Assembly (NCBI GenBank): GCA_964016885.1
Contig: OZ024742.1
Span: 289,416,001-289,480,000, forward strand
DNA: 64,000 nucleotides
Direction of reading: 5' to 3'
Origin: Eledone cirrhosa
Lineage: Eukaryota
Part shown: positions 32,217-48,100 of the stretch, piece after piece
Position numbering within the stretch: position 1 is the stretch's first letter
How the letters are laid out: every line of letters begins with the position of its first letter
Program-made: the position numbers and the translations under genes
Notes under the pieces: model-generated
Database searches by the model: none
Told to the model about the DNA's origin: nothing
Seen by the model: the letters and a program-made list of their open reading frames with translations, nothing else

Positions 32217-35200
32217 TTCACCAAACACCAACCACTCAATATCTTTCACCAAACACCAACCACTAAATATCCTTTACCAAATAACAACCACTATATATCC
32301 TTCACCAAATAACAACCACTCTATATCCTTCACCAAACACCAACCTCTCAAAATCCTTCACCAAACACCAACCAATCAATATCCTTCACCAAACACTAGC
32401 CACTCTATGTCCTTCACCAAACACCAACCACTTAATATCCTTCACCAACCACTCAATATCCTTCACCAAACACTCTATATGCTTCACCAGTCACCAACCA
32501 CTCTATATCTTTCACCAAACACCAACCACTCAATATCCTTCACCAAACACCAACAACTCAATATCCTTCACCAAACACCAGCCACTCTATATCCTTCACC
32601 AAACACCAACCACTCTATATCTTTCACCAAACACCAACCACTCTATATCCTTCACCAAACACCAACCACCAACCACTCTATATCCTTCACCAAACACCAA
32701 CCAGTCAATATCCTTCACCAAACACCAACCACTCAATATCCTTCACCAAACACCAACCACTCTATATCCTTCACCAAACACCAACCACTCTATATCTTTC
32801 ACCAAACACCAACCACTCAATATCTTTCACCAAACACCAACCACTCAATATTACCTTCACCAAACACCAACCACTCAATATCCTTCACCAAACACCAACC
32901 ACTCTATATCCTTCACCAAACACCTACCACTTTATATACTTTACCAAACACCAACCACTCAATATCCTTCACCAAACACCAACCACTCTATATCCTTCAG
33001 CAAACACAAACCACTCAATATCCTTCACCAAACACCAACCACTCTATATCCTTCACCAAACACCAACCAATCTATCTCCTTCACGAAACACCAACCACTC
33101 AATATCCTTCACCAAACACCAACCACTTTATATCCTGCACCAAACACCAACCACTCTATATCCTTCACCAAACACAAACCACTCTATATCCTTCATCAAA
33201 CACCAACCTCTTAATATCTTTCACCAAACACCAACCACTAAATATCCTTCACCAAACACCAACCACTCTATATCCTTCACAAAACACCAACCACTCTATA
33301 TCCTTCACCAAACACCAACCACTCGATATCCTTCACCAAACACTCTATATGCTTGACCAAACACCAACCACTCAATATCCTTCACCAAACACCAACCACT
33401 CTATATCCTTCACCAAACACCAACCACTCTATATCCTTCACCAAACACCAGCCACTCAATATCCTTCACCAAACACTCTATATGCTTCACCAAAGACCAA
33501 CCACTCTATATCCTTCACCAAACACCAACCACTCTATATCATGCACCAAACACCAACCACTCAATACGCTTCACCAAACACCAACCACTCTATATCCTTC
33601 ACCAAACACCAACCACTTTATATCTTTCACCAAACACCAACCACTCTATATACTTCACCAAACAACAACCACTCTATATCCTTCACCAAACACCAACCAC
33701 TCTATATCTTTCACCAAACGCCAACCACTCTATATCCTTCACCAAACCTCAACCACTCTATATCCTTCACGAAACATCAACCACTCAATATCCTTCACCA
33801 AACACCAACCACTCAATATCTTTCACCAAACACTTTATATCCTGCACCAAACACCAACCACTCAATATCCTTTACAAAATAACAACCACTCTATATCCTT
33901 TACCAAACAACAACCACTCCATATCCTTCACCAAATAACAACCAATCTATATCCTTCACCAAATACCAACTACTCAATATCCTTCACCAAACACCAACCA
34001 CTCAATAACTTTCACCAAACACCAACCACTAAATATCCTTCACCAAACACCAACCACTCAATATCCTTCACCAAACACAAACCAATCAATATTCTTTACC
34101 AAATAACAACCACTATATATCCTTCACCAAATAACAACCACTCTATATCCTTCACCAAACACCAACCTCTCAATATCCTTCACCAAACACCAACCACTCA
34201 ATATCCTTCACCAAATACTAACCACTCTATGTCCTTCACCAAACACCAACCACTTAATATCCTTCACCAACCACTCAATATCCTTCACCAAACACTCTAT
34301 ATGCTTCACCAATCACCAACCACTCTATATCCTTCACCAAACACCAACCACTCTATATCCTTCACCAAACACTAACCACTCTCTATCCTTCACCAAACAA
34401 CAACCACTCTATATCCTTCACCAAACACCAACCACTCTATATCCTTCACCAAACACCAACTACTCAATATCCTTCACCAAACACCAACCACTCTATATCC
34501 TTCACCAAACACCAACCACTCTATATCTTTCACCAAACACGAACCACTCTATATCCTTCACCAAACACCAACCACTCTATATACTTCACCAAACAGCAGC
34601 CACTCTATAACCTTCACTAAACATCAACCACTCTATATCCTTCACCAAACACCAAACACTCAATATACTTTACCAAACACCAACCACTCAATATCCTTCA
34701 CCAAACACCAACCACTCAATATCCTTCACCAAACACCAACCACTCTATATCCTTCACCAAACACCTACCACTCTATATACTTTACCAAACACCAACTACT
34801 CAATATCCTTCACCAAACACCAACCAATCTATATCCTTCACCAAACACCAACCACTCTATATCTTTCACCAAACACGAACCACTCTATATCCTTCACCAA
34901 ACACCAACCACTCTATATACTTCACCAAACAGCAGCCACTCTATAACCTTCACTAAACATCAACCACTGTATATCCTTCAGCAAACACAAACCACTCAAT
35001 ATCCTTCACCAAACACCAACCACTCTATATCCTTCACCAAACACCAACCAATCTATCTCCTTCACGAAACACCAATCACTCAATATCCTTCACCAAACAC
35101 CAACCACTTTATATCCTGCACCAAACACCAACCACTCTATATCCTTCACCAAACAACAACCACTTAATATCCTTCACCAAATAACAACCAATTTATATCC

Positions 35201-38200
35201 TTCACCAAATACCAACTACTCAATATCCTTCACCAAATTCAACCACTTAATATCCTGCACCAAACACCAACCACTCAATATCTTTCACCAAACACAAACC
35301 ACTCTATATCCTTCACCAAACACCAACCTCTTAATATCTTTCACCAAACACCAACCACTAAATATCCTTCACCAAACACCAACCACTCTATATCCTTCAC
35401 CAAACACCAACCACTCTATATCCTTCGCCAAACACCAACCACTCAATATCCTTCACCAAACACTCTATATGCTTCACCAAACACCAACCACTCAATATCC
35501 TTCACCAAACACCAACCACTCTATATCCTTCACCAAACACCAACCACTCTATATCCTTCACCAAACACCAACCACTCAATATCCTTCACCAAACACTCTA
35601 TATGCTTCACCAAACACCAACCACTCTATATCCTTCACCAAACACCAACCACTCTATATCCTTCCCCAAACACCAACCACTCAATATCCTTCACCAAACA
35701 CTCTATATCCTTCACCAAACACCAACCACTCCATATCCTTCACCAAACACCAACCACTATATATCCTTCACCAAACACCAACCACTCAATATCCTTCACC
35801 AAACACCAACCACACAATACGCTTAACCAAACACCAACCACTCTATATCCTTCACCAAACACCAACCACTCTATATCTTTCACCAAACACCAACCACTCT
35901 ATATCTTTCACCAAACACCAACCACTCTATATACTTCACCAAACAACAACCACTCTATATCCTTCACCAAACACCAACCACTCTATATCCTTCACCAAAC
36001 GCCAACCACTCTATATCCTTCACCAAACATCAACCACTCTATATCCTTCACCAAACACCAACCACTCAATATCTTTTACCAAAAATCTTTATATCCTGCA
36101 CCAAACACCAACCACTCAATATCCTTTACAAAATAACAACCACTCAATATCCTTCACCAAACTCCAACCACTCAATATCCTTCACCAAATAACAACAAAT
36201 CTATATCCTTCACCAAATACCATCTACTCAATATCCTTCACCAAACACCAACCACTCAATATCTTTCACCAAACACCAACCACTAAATATCCTTCACCAA
36301 ATAACAACCACTATATATCCTTCACCAAATAACAACCACTCTATATCCTTCACCAAACACCAACCTCTCAAAATCCTTCACCAAACACCAACCAATCAAT
36401 ATCCTTCACCAAACACTAACCACTCTATGTCCTTCACCAAACACCAACCACTTAATATCCTTCACCAACCACTCAATATCCTTCACCAAACACTCTATAT
36501 GCTTCACCAGTCACCAACCACTCTATATCTTTCACCAAACACCAACCACTCAATATCCTTCACCAAACACCAACCACTCAATATCCTTCACCAAACACTC
36601 TATATGCTTCACCAATCACCAACCACTCTATATCCTTCACCAAACACTAACCACTCTCTATCCTTCACCAAACAACAACCACTCTATATCCTTCACCAAA
36701 CACCAACCACTCTATATCCTTCACCAAACACCAACTACTCAATATCCTTCACCAAACACCAACCACTCTATATCCTTCACCAAACACCAACCACTCTATA
36801 TCTTTCACCAAACACGAACCACTCTATATCCTTCACCAAACACCAACCACTCTATATACTTCACCAAACAGCAGCCACTCTATAACCTTCACTAAACATC
36901 AACCACTCTATATCCTTCACCAAACACCAAACACTCAATATACTTTACCAAACACCAACCACTCAATATCCTTCACCAAACACCAACCACTCAATATCCT
37001 TCACCAAACACCAACCACTCTATATCCTTCACCAAACACCTACCACTCTATATACTTTACCAAACACCAACTACTCAATATCCTTCACCAAACACCAACC
37101 AATCTATATCCTTCACCAAACACCAACCACTCTATATCTTTCACCAAACACGAACCACTCTATATCCTTCACCAAACACCAACCACTCTATATACTTCAC
37201 CAAACAGCAGCCACTCTATAACCTTCACTAAACATCAACCACTCTATATCCTTCACCAAACACCAACCACTCAATATGCTTCACCAAACACGAACCACTC
37301 AATATCCTTCACCAAACACCAACCACTCTATATCCTTCACCAAACACCTACCACTCTATATACTTTACCAAACACCAACTACTCAATATCCTTCACCAAA
37401 CACGAACCAATCTATATACTTCACCAAACAGCAGCCACTCTATAACCTTCACTAAACATCAACCACTGTATATCCTTCAGCAAACACAAACCACTCAATA
37501 TCCTTCACCAAACACCAACCACTCTATATCCTTCACCAAACACCAACCAATCTATCTCCTTCACGAAACACCAATCACTCAATATCCTTCACCAAACACC
37601 AACCACTTTATATCCTGCACCAAACACCAACCACTCTATATCCTTCACCAAACAACAACCACTTAATATCCTTCACCAAATAACAACCAATTTATATCCT
37701 TCACCAAATACCAACCACTCAATATCTTTCACCAAACACAAACCACTCTATATCCTTCACCAAACAACAACCACTTAATATCCTTCACCAAATACCAACC
37801 ACTCAATATCTTTCACCAAACACCAACCACTCTATATCCTTCACCAAACACCAACCTCTTAATATCTTTCACCAAACACCAACCACTAAATATCCTTCAC
37901 CAAACACCAACCACTCTATATCCTTCACCAAACACCAACCACTCTATATCCTTCACCAAACACCAACCACTCAATATCCTTCACCAAACACTCTATATGC
38001 TTCACCAAACACCAACCACTCAATATCCTTCACCAAACACCAACCACTCTATATCCTTCACCAACCACCAACCACTCTATATCCTTCACCAAACACCAAC
38101 CACTCAATATCCTTCACCAAACACTCTATATGCTTCACCAAACACCAACCACTCTATATCCTTCACCAAACACCAACCACTCTATATCCTTCCCCAAACA

Positions 38201-41200
38201 CCAACCACTCAATATCCTTCACCAAACACTCTATATCCTTCACCAAACACCAACCACTCAATATCCTACACCAAACACCAACCTCTCTATATCCTTCACC
38301 AAACACCAACCACTCAATATCCTTCACCAAACACCAACCACTCAATATCCTTCACCAAACACCAACCACTCAATATCCTTCACCAAACACCAACCACTCT
38401 ATATCCTTCACCAAACACCAACCACTCTATATCTTTCACTAAACACCAACCACTCTATATCTTTCACCAAACACCAACCACTCTATATCCTTCACCAAAC
38501 ACCAACCACTCTATATCTTTCACTAAACACCAACCACTCTATATCTTTCACCAAACACCAACCACTCAATATCTTTCACCAAACACCAACCACTAAATAT
38601 CCTTTACCAAATAACAACCACTATATATCCTTCACCAAATAACAACCACTCTATATCCTTCACCAAACACCAACCTCTCAAAATCCTTCACCAAACACCA
38701 ACCAATCAATATCCTTCACCAAACACTAGCCACTCTATGTCCTTCACCAAACACCAACCACTTAATATCCTTCACCAACCACTCAATATCCTTCACCAAA
38801 CACTCTATATGCTTCACCAGTCACCAACCACTCTATATCTTTCACCAAACACCAACCACTCAATATCCTTCACCAAACACCAACAACTCAATATCCTTCA
38901 CCAAACACCAGCCACTCTATATCCTTCACCAAACACCAACCACTCTATATCTTTCACCAAACACCAACCACTCTATATCCTTCACCAAACACCAACCACC
39001 AACCACTCTATATCCTTCACCAAACACCAACCAGTCAATATCCTTCACCAAACACCAACCACTCAATATCCTTCACCAAACACCAACCACTCTATATCCT
39101 TCACCAAACACCAACCACTCTATATCTTTCACCAAACACCAACCACTCAATATCTTTCACCAAACACCAACCACTCAATATTACCTTCACCAAACACCAA
39201 CCACTCAATATCCTTCACCAAACACCAACCACTCTATATCCTTCACCAAACACCTACCACTTTATATACTTTACCAAACACCAACCACTCAATATCCTTC
39301 ACCAAACACCAACCACTCTATATCCTTCAGCAAACACAAACCACTCAATATCCTTCACCAAACACCAACCACTCTATATCCTTCACCAAACACCAACCAA
39401 TCTATCTCCTTCACGAAACACCAACCACTCAATATCCTTCACCAAACACCAACCACTTTATATCCTGCACCAAACACCAACCACTCTATATCCTTCACCA
39501 AACACAAACCACTCTATATCCTTCATCAAACACCAACCTCTTAATATCTTTCACCAAACACCAACCACTAAATATCCTTCACCAAACACCAACCACTCTA
39601 TATCCTTCACAAAACACCAACCACTCTATATCCTTCACCAAACACCAACCACTCGATATCCTTCACCAAACACTCTATATGCTTGACCAAACACCAACCA
39701 CTCAATATCCTTCACCAAACACCAACCACTCTATATCCTTCACCAAACACCAACCACTCTATATCCTTCACCAAACACCAGCCACTCAATATCCTTCACC
39801 AAACACTCTATATGCTTCACCAAAGACCAACCACTCTATATCCTTCACCAAACACCAACCACTCTATATCATGCACCAAACACCAACCACTCAATACGCT
39901 TCACCAAACACCAACCACTCTATATCCTTCACCAAACACCAACCACTTTATATCTTTCACCAAACACCAACCACTCTATATACTTCACCAAACAACAACC
40001 ACTCTATATCCTTCACCAAACACCAACCACTCTATATCTTTCACCAAACGCCAACCACTCTATATCCTTCACCAAACCTCAACCACTCTATATCCTTCAC
40101 GAAACATCAACCACTCAATATCCTTCACCAAACACCAACCACTCAATATCTTTCACCAAACACTTTATATCCTGCACCAAACACCAACCACTCAATATCC
40201 TTTACAAAATAACAACCACTCTATATCCTTTACCAAACAACAACCACTCCATATCCTTCACCAAATAACAACCAATCTATATCCTTCACCAAATACCAAC
40301 TACTCAATATCCTTCACCAAACACCAACCACTCAATAACTTTCACCAAACACCAACCACTAAATATCCTTCACCAAACACCAACCACTCAATATCCTTCA
40401 CCAAACACAAACCAATCAATATTCTTTACCAAATAACAACCACTATATATCCTTCACCAAATAACAACCACTCTATATCCTTCACCAAACACCAACCTCT
40501 CAATATCCTTCACCAAACACCAACCACTCAATATCCTTCACCAAATACTAACCACTCTATGTCCTTCACCAAACACCAACCACTTAATATCCTTCACCAA
40601 CCACTCAATATCCTTCACCAAACACTCTATATGCTTCACCAATCACCAACCACTCTATATCCTTCACCAAACACCAACCACTCTATATCCTTCACCAAAC
40701 ACTAACCACTCTCTATCCTTCACCAAACAACAACCACTCTATATCCTTCACCAAACACCAACCACTCTATATCCTTCACCAAACACCAACTACTCAATAT
40801 CCTTCACCAAACACCAACCACTCTATATCCTTCACCAAACACCAACCACTCTATATCTTTCACCAAACACGAACCACTCTATATCCTTCACCAAACACCA
40901 ACCACTCTATATACTTCACCAAACAGCAGCCACTCTATAACCTTCACTAAACATCAACCACTCTATATCCTTCACCAAACACCAAACACTCAATATACTT
41001 TACCAAACACCAACCACTCAATATCCTTCACCAAACACCAACCACTCAATATCCTTCACCAAACACCAACCACTCTATATCCTTCACCAAACACCTACCA
41101 CTCTATATACTTTACCAAACACCAACTACTCAATATCCTTCACCAAACACCAACCAATCTATATCCTTCACCAAACACCAACCACTCTATATCTTTCACC

Positions 41201-44200
41201 AAACACGAACCACTCTATATCCTTCACCAAACACCAACCACTCTATATACTTCACCAAACAGCAGCCACTCTATAACCTTCACTAAACATCAACCACTGT
41301 ATATCCTTCAGCAAACACAAACCACTCAATATCCTTCACCAAACACCAACCACTCTATATCCTTCACCAAACACCAACCAATCTATCTCCTTCACGAAAC
41401 ACCAATCACTCAATATCCTTCACCAAACACCAACCACTTTATATCCTGCACCAAACACCAACCACTCTATATCCTTCACCAAACAACAACCACTTAATAT
41501 CCTTCACCAAATAACAACCAATTTATATCCTTCACCAAATACCAACTACTCAATATCCTTCACCAAATTCAACCACTTAATATCCTGCACCAAACACCAA
41601 CCACTCAATATCTTTCACCAAACACAAACCACTCTATATCCTTCACCAAACACCAACCTCTTAATATCTTTCACCAAACACCAACCACTAAATATCCTTC
41701 ACCAAACACCAACCACTCTATATCCTTCACCAAACACCAACCACTCTATATCCTTCGCCAAACACCAACCACTCAATATCCTTCACCAAACACTCTATAT
41801 GCTTCACCAAACACCAACCACTCAATATCCTTCACCAAACACCAACCACTCTATATCCTTCACCAAACACCAACCACTCTATATCCTTCACCAAACACCA
41901 ACCACTCAATATCCTTCACCAAACACTCTATATGCTTCACCAAACACCAACCACTCTATATCCTTCACCAAACACCAACCACTCTATATCCTTCCCCAAA
42001 CACCAACCACTCAATATCCTTCACCAAACACTCTATATCCTTCACCAAACACCAACCACTCCATATCCTTCACCAAACACCAACCACTATATATCCTTCA
42101 CCAAACACCAACCACTCAATATCCTTCACCAAACACCAACCACACAATACGCTTAACCAAACACCAACCACTCTATATCCTTCACCAAACACCAACCACT
42201 CTATATCTTTCACCAAACACCAACCACTCTATATCTTTCACCAAACACCAACCACTCTATATACTTCACCAAACAACAACCACTCTATATCCTTCACCAA
42301 ACACCAACCACTCTATATCCTTCACCAAACGCCAACCACTCTATATCCTTCACCAAACATCAACCACTCTATATCCTTCACCAAACACCAACCACTCAAT
42401 ATCTTTTACCAAAAATCTTTATATCCTGCACCAAACACCAACCACTCAATATCCTTTACAAAATAACAACCACTCAATATCCTTCACCAAACTCCAACCA
42501 CTCAATATCCTTCACCAAATAACAACAAATCTATATCCTTCACCAAATACCATCTACTCAATATCCTTCACCAAACACCAACCACTCAATATCTTTCACC
42601 AAACACCAACCACTAAATATCCTTCACCAAATAACAACCACTATATATCCTTCACCAAATAACAACCACTCTATATCCTTCACCAAACACCAACCTCTCA
42701 AAATCCTTCACCAAACACCAACCAATCAATATCCTTCACCAAACACTAACCACTCTATGTCCTTCACCAAACACCAACCACTTAATATCCTTCACCAACC
42801 ACTCAATATCCTTCACCAAACACTCTATATGCTTCACCAGTCACCAACCACTCTATATCTTTCACCAAACACCAACCACTCAATATCCTTCACCAAACAC
42901 CAACCACTCAATATCCTTCACCAAACACTCTATATGCTTCACCAATCACCAACCACTCTATATCCTTCACCAAACACTAACCACTCTCTATCCTTCACCA
43001 AACAACAACCACTCTATATCCTTCACCAAACACCAACCACTCTATATCCTTCACCAAACACCAACTACTCAATATCCTTCACCAAACACCAACCACTCTA
43101 TATCCTTCACCAAACACCAACCACTCTATATCTTTCACCAAACACGAACCACTCTATATCCTTCACCAAACACCAACCACTCTATATACTTCACCAAACA
43201 GCAGCCACTCTATAACCTTCACTAAACATCAACCACTCTATATCCTTCACCAAACACCAAACACTCAATATACTTTACCAAACACCAACCACTCAATATC
43301 CTTCACCAAACACCAACCACTCAATATCCTTCACCAAACACCAACCACTCTATATCCTTCACCAAACACCTACCACTCTATATACTTTACCAAACACCAA
43401 CTACTCAATATCCTTCACCAAACACCAACCAATCTATATCCTTCACCAAACACCAACCACTCTATATCTTTCACCAAACACGAACCACTCTATATCCTTC
43501 ACCAAACACCAACCACTCTATATACTTCACCAAACAGCAGCCACTCTATAACCTTCACTAAACATCAACCACTCTATATCCTTCACCAAACACCAACCAC
43601 TCAATATGCTTCACCAAACACGAACCACTCAATATCCTTCACCAAACACCAACCACTCTATATCCTTCACCAAACACCTACCACTCTATATACTTTACCA
43701 AACACCAACTACTCAATATCCTTCACCAAACACGAACCAATCTATATACTTCACCAAACAGCAGCCACTCTATAACCTTCACTAAACATCAACCACTGTA
43801 TATCCTTCAGCAAACACAAACCACTCAATATCCTTCACCAAACACCAACCACTCTATATCCTTCACCAAACACCAACCAATCTATCTCCTTCACGAAACA
43901 CCAATCACTCAATATCCTTCACCAAACACCAACCACTTTATATCCTGCACCAAACACCAACCACTCTATATCCTTCACCAAACAACAACCACTTAATATC
44001 CTTCACCAAATAACAACCAATTTATATCCTTCACCAAATACCAACCACTCAATATCTTTCACCAAACACAAACCACTCTATATCCTTCACCAAACAACAA
44101 CCACTTAATATCCTTCACCAAATACCAACCACTCAATATCTTTCACCAAACACCAACCACTCTATATCCTTCACCAAACACCAACCTCTTAATATCTTTC

Positions 44201-44897
44201 ACCAAACACCAACCACTAAATATCCTTCACCAAACACCAACCACTCTATATCCTTCACCAAACACCAACCACTCTATATCCTTCACCAAACACCAACCAC
44301 TCAATATCCTTCACCAAACACTCTATATGCTTCACCAAACACCAACCACTCAATATCCTTCACCAAACACCAACCACTCTATATCCTTCACCAACCACCA
44401 ACCACTCTATATCCTTCACCAAACACCAACCACTCAATATCCTTCACCAAACACTCTATATGCTTCACCAAACACCAACCACTCTATATCCTTCACCAAA
44501 CACCAACCACTCTATATCCTTCCCCAAACACCAACCACTCAATATCCTTCACCAAACACTCTATATCCTTCACCAAACACCAACCACTCAATATCCTACA
44601 CCAAACACCAACCTCTCTATATCCTTCACCAAACACCAACCACTCAATATCCTTCACCAAACACCAACCACTCAATATCCTTCACCAAACACCAACCACT
44701 CAATATCCTTCACCAAACACCAACCACTCTATATCCTTCACCAAACACCAACCACTCTATATCTTTCACTAAACACCAACCACTCTATATCTTTCACCAA
44801 ACACCAACCACTCTATATCCTTCACCAAACACCAACCACTCTATATCTTTCACTAAACACCAACCACTCTATATCTTTCACCAAACACCAACCACTC
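32217..44897. repeat. Near-perfect 6330-bp tandem duplication (two copies)
   Basis: Identical pseudo-ORFs at a constant 6330 offset (32407/38737, 33353/39683, 35469/41799, 36427/42757), plus matching ORF starts at 37997/44327. Confidence 0.92.
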
Positions 44898-45139
44898 TAT
44901 ATCCTTCACCAAACGCCAACCACTCTATATCCTTCACCAAACATCAACCACTCTATATCCTTCACCAAACACCAACCAATCTATCTCCTTCACCAAACAC
45001 CAACCACTCAATATCTTTCACCAAAAATCTTTATATCCTTCACCAAACACCAACCACTCTATATACTTTACCAAACAGCAGCCACTCTATATCCTTCACC
45101 AAATTCAACCACTTAATATCCTTCACCAAACACCAACCA

Positions 45140-48100
45140 CTCAATATCTTTCACCAAACACAAACCACTCTATATCCTTCACCAAACACCAACCTCTTAA
45201 TATTTTTCACCAAACACCAACCACTAAATATCCTTCACCAACACCAACCACTCTATATCCTTCACCAAACACCAACCACTCTATATCCTTCACCAAACAC
45301 CAACCACTCAATATCCTTCACCAAACACTCTATATGCTTGACCAAACACCAACCACTCAATATCCTTCACCAAACACCAACCACTCTATATCCTTCACCA
45401 AACACCAACCACTCTATATCCTTCACCAAACACCAGCCACTCAATATCTTTCACCAAACACCAACCACTCAATATCCTTCACCAAACATCAACCACTCTA
45501 TATCTTTCACCAAACACCAACCACTCTATATCCTTCACCAAACACCAACCACTCTATATCTTTCACCAAACACCAACCACTCTATATACTTCACCAAACA
45601 ACAACCACTCTATATCCTTCACCAAACACCAACCACTCTATATCTTTCACCAAACGCCAACCACTCTATATCCTTCATCAAACATCAACCACTCTATATC
45701 CTTCACCAAACATCAACCAATCTATATCCTTCACCAAACAACAACCACTCCATATCCTTCACCAAATAACAACCAATCTATATCCGTCACCAAATACCAA
45801 CTACTAAATATCCTTCACCAAACACCAACCACTCAATATCCTTCACCAAACACAAACCAATCAATATTCTTTACCAAATAACAACCACTATATATCCTTC
45901 ACCAAATAACAACCACTCCATATCCTTCACCAAACACCAACCTCTCAATATCCTTCACCAAACACCAACCACTCAATATCCTTCACCAAACACTAACCAC
46001 TCTATGTCCTTCACCAAACACCAACCACTTAATATCCTTCACCAACCACTCAATATCCTTCACCAAACACTCTATATGCTTCACCAATCACCAACCACTC
46101 TATATCCTTCACCAAACACCAACCACTCAATATCCTTCACCAAACACCAACCACTGTATATCCTTCACCAAACACCAACCACTCTATATCCTTCACCAAA
46201 CACCAACCACTCAATATCCTTCACCAAACACCAACCACTCTATATCCTTCACCAAACACCAACCACTCAATATCCTTCACCAAACACCAACCACTCTATA
46301 TCCTTCACCAAACACTAACCACTCTCTATCCTTCACCAAACAACTACCACTCTATATCCTTCACCAAACACCAACCACTCTATATCCTTCACCAAACACC
46401 AACCACTCAATATCCTTCACCAAACACCAACCACTCTATTTCCTTCACCTAACACCAACCACTCTATATACTTCACCAAACAGCAGCCACTCTATAACCT
46501 TCACTAAACATCAACCACTCTATATCCTTCACCAAACACCAACCACTCAATATGCTTCACCAAACACGAACCACTCAATATCCTTCACCAAACACCAACC
46601 ACTCAATATCCTTCACCAAACACCAACCACTCTATATCCTTCACCAAACACCTACCACTCTATATACTTTACCAAACACCAACTACTCAATATCCTTCAC
46701 CAAACACGAACCAATCTATATACTTCACCAAACAGCAGCCACTCTATAACCTTCACTAAACATCAACCACTGTATATCCTTCAGCAAACACAAACCACTC
46801 AATATCCTTCACCAAACACCAACCACTCTATATCCTTCACCAAACACCAACCAATCTATCTCCTTCACGAAACACCAATCACTCAATATCCTTCACCAAA
46901 CACCAACCACTTTATATCCTGCACCAAACACCAACCACTCTATATCCTTCACCAAACAACAACCACTTAATATCCTTCACCAAATAACAACCAATTTATA
47001 TCCTTCACCAAATACCAACCACTCAATATCTTTCACCAAACACAAACCACTCTATATCCTTCACCAAACAACAACCACTTAATATCCTTCACCAAATACC
47101 AACCACTCAATATCTTTCACCAAACACCAACCACTCTATATCCTTCACCAAACACCAACCTCTTAATATCTTTCACCAAACACCAACCACTAAATATCCT
47201 TCACCAAACACCAACCACTCTATATCCTTCACCAAACACCAACCACTCTATATCCTTCACCAAACACCAACCACTCAATATCCTTCACCAAACACTCTAT
47301 ATGCTTCACCAAACACCAACCACTCAATATCCTTCACCAAACACCAACCACTCTATATCCTTCACCAAACACCAACCACTCTATATCCTTCACCAAACAC
47401 CAACCACTCAATATCCTTCACCAAACACTCTATATCCTTCACCAAACAACAACCACTCCATATCCTTCACCAAACACCAACCACTCTATATCCTTCACCA
47501 AACACCAACCACTCTATATCCTTCCCCAAACACCAACCACTCAATATCCTTCACCAAACACCAACCACTCTATATCCTTCACCAAACACCAACCACTTAA
47601 TATCCTTCACCAAACACCAACCACTCAATACGCTTAACCAAACACCAACCACTCTATATCCTTCACCAAACACCAACCACTCTATATCTTTCACTAAACA
47701 CCAACCACTCTATATCTTTCACCAAACACCAACCACTCTATTTACTTCACCAAACAACAACCACTCTATATCCTTCACCAAACACCAACCACTCTATATC
47801 CTTCACCAAACGCCAACCACTCTATATCCTTCACCAAACATCAACCACTCTATACCCTTCACCAAACACCAACCAATCTATCTCCTTCACCAAACACCAA
47901 CCACTCAATATCTTTCACCAAAAATCTTTATATCCTGCACCAAACACCAACCACTCAATATCCTTCACCATACAACAACCACTCAATATCCTTCACCAAA
48001 TAACAACAAATCTATATCCTTCACCAAATACCATCTACTCAATATCCTTCACCAAACACCAACCACTCAATATCTTTCACCAAACACCAACCACTAAATA

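Noticed and set aside
2951-44675. Short minus-strand ORFs (VKDIEWLVFGEGYR...)
   Set aside because: These are translations of the satellite. The consensus hits TGA every 84 nt and ORFs appear only where variants skip it.
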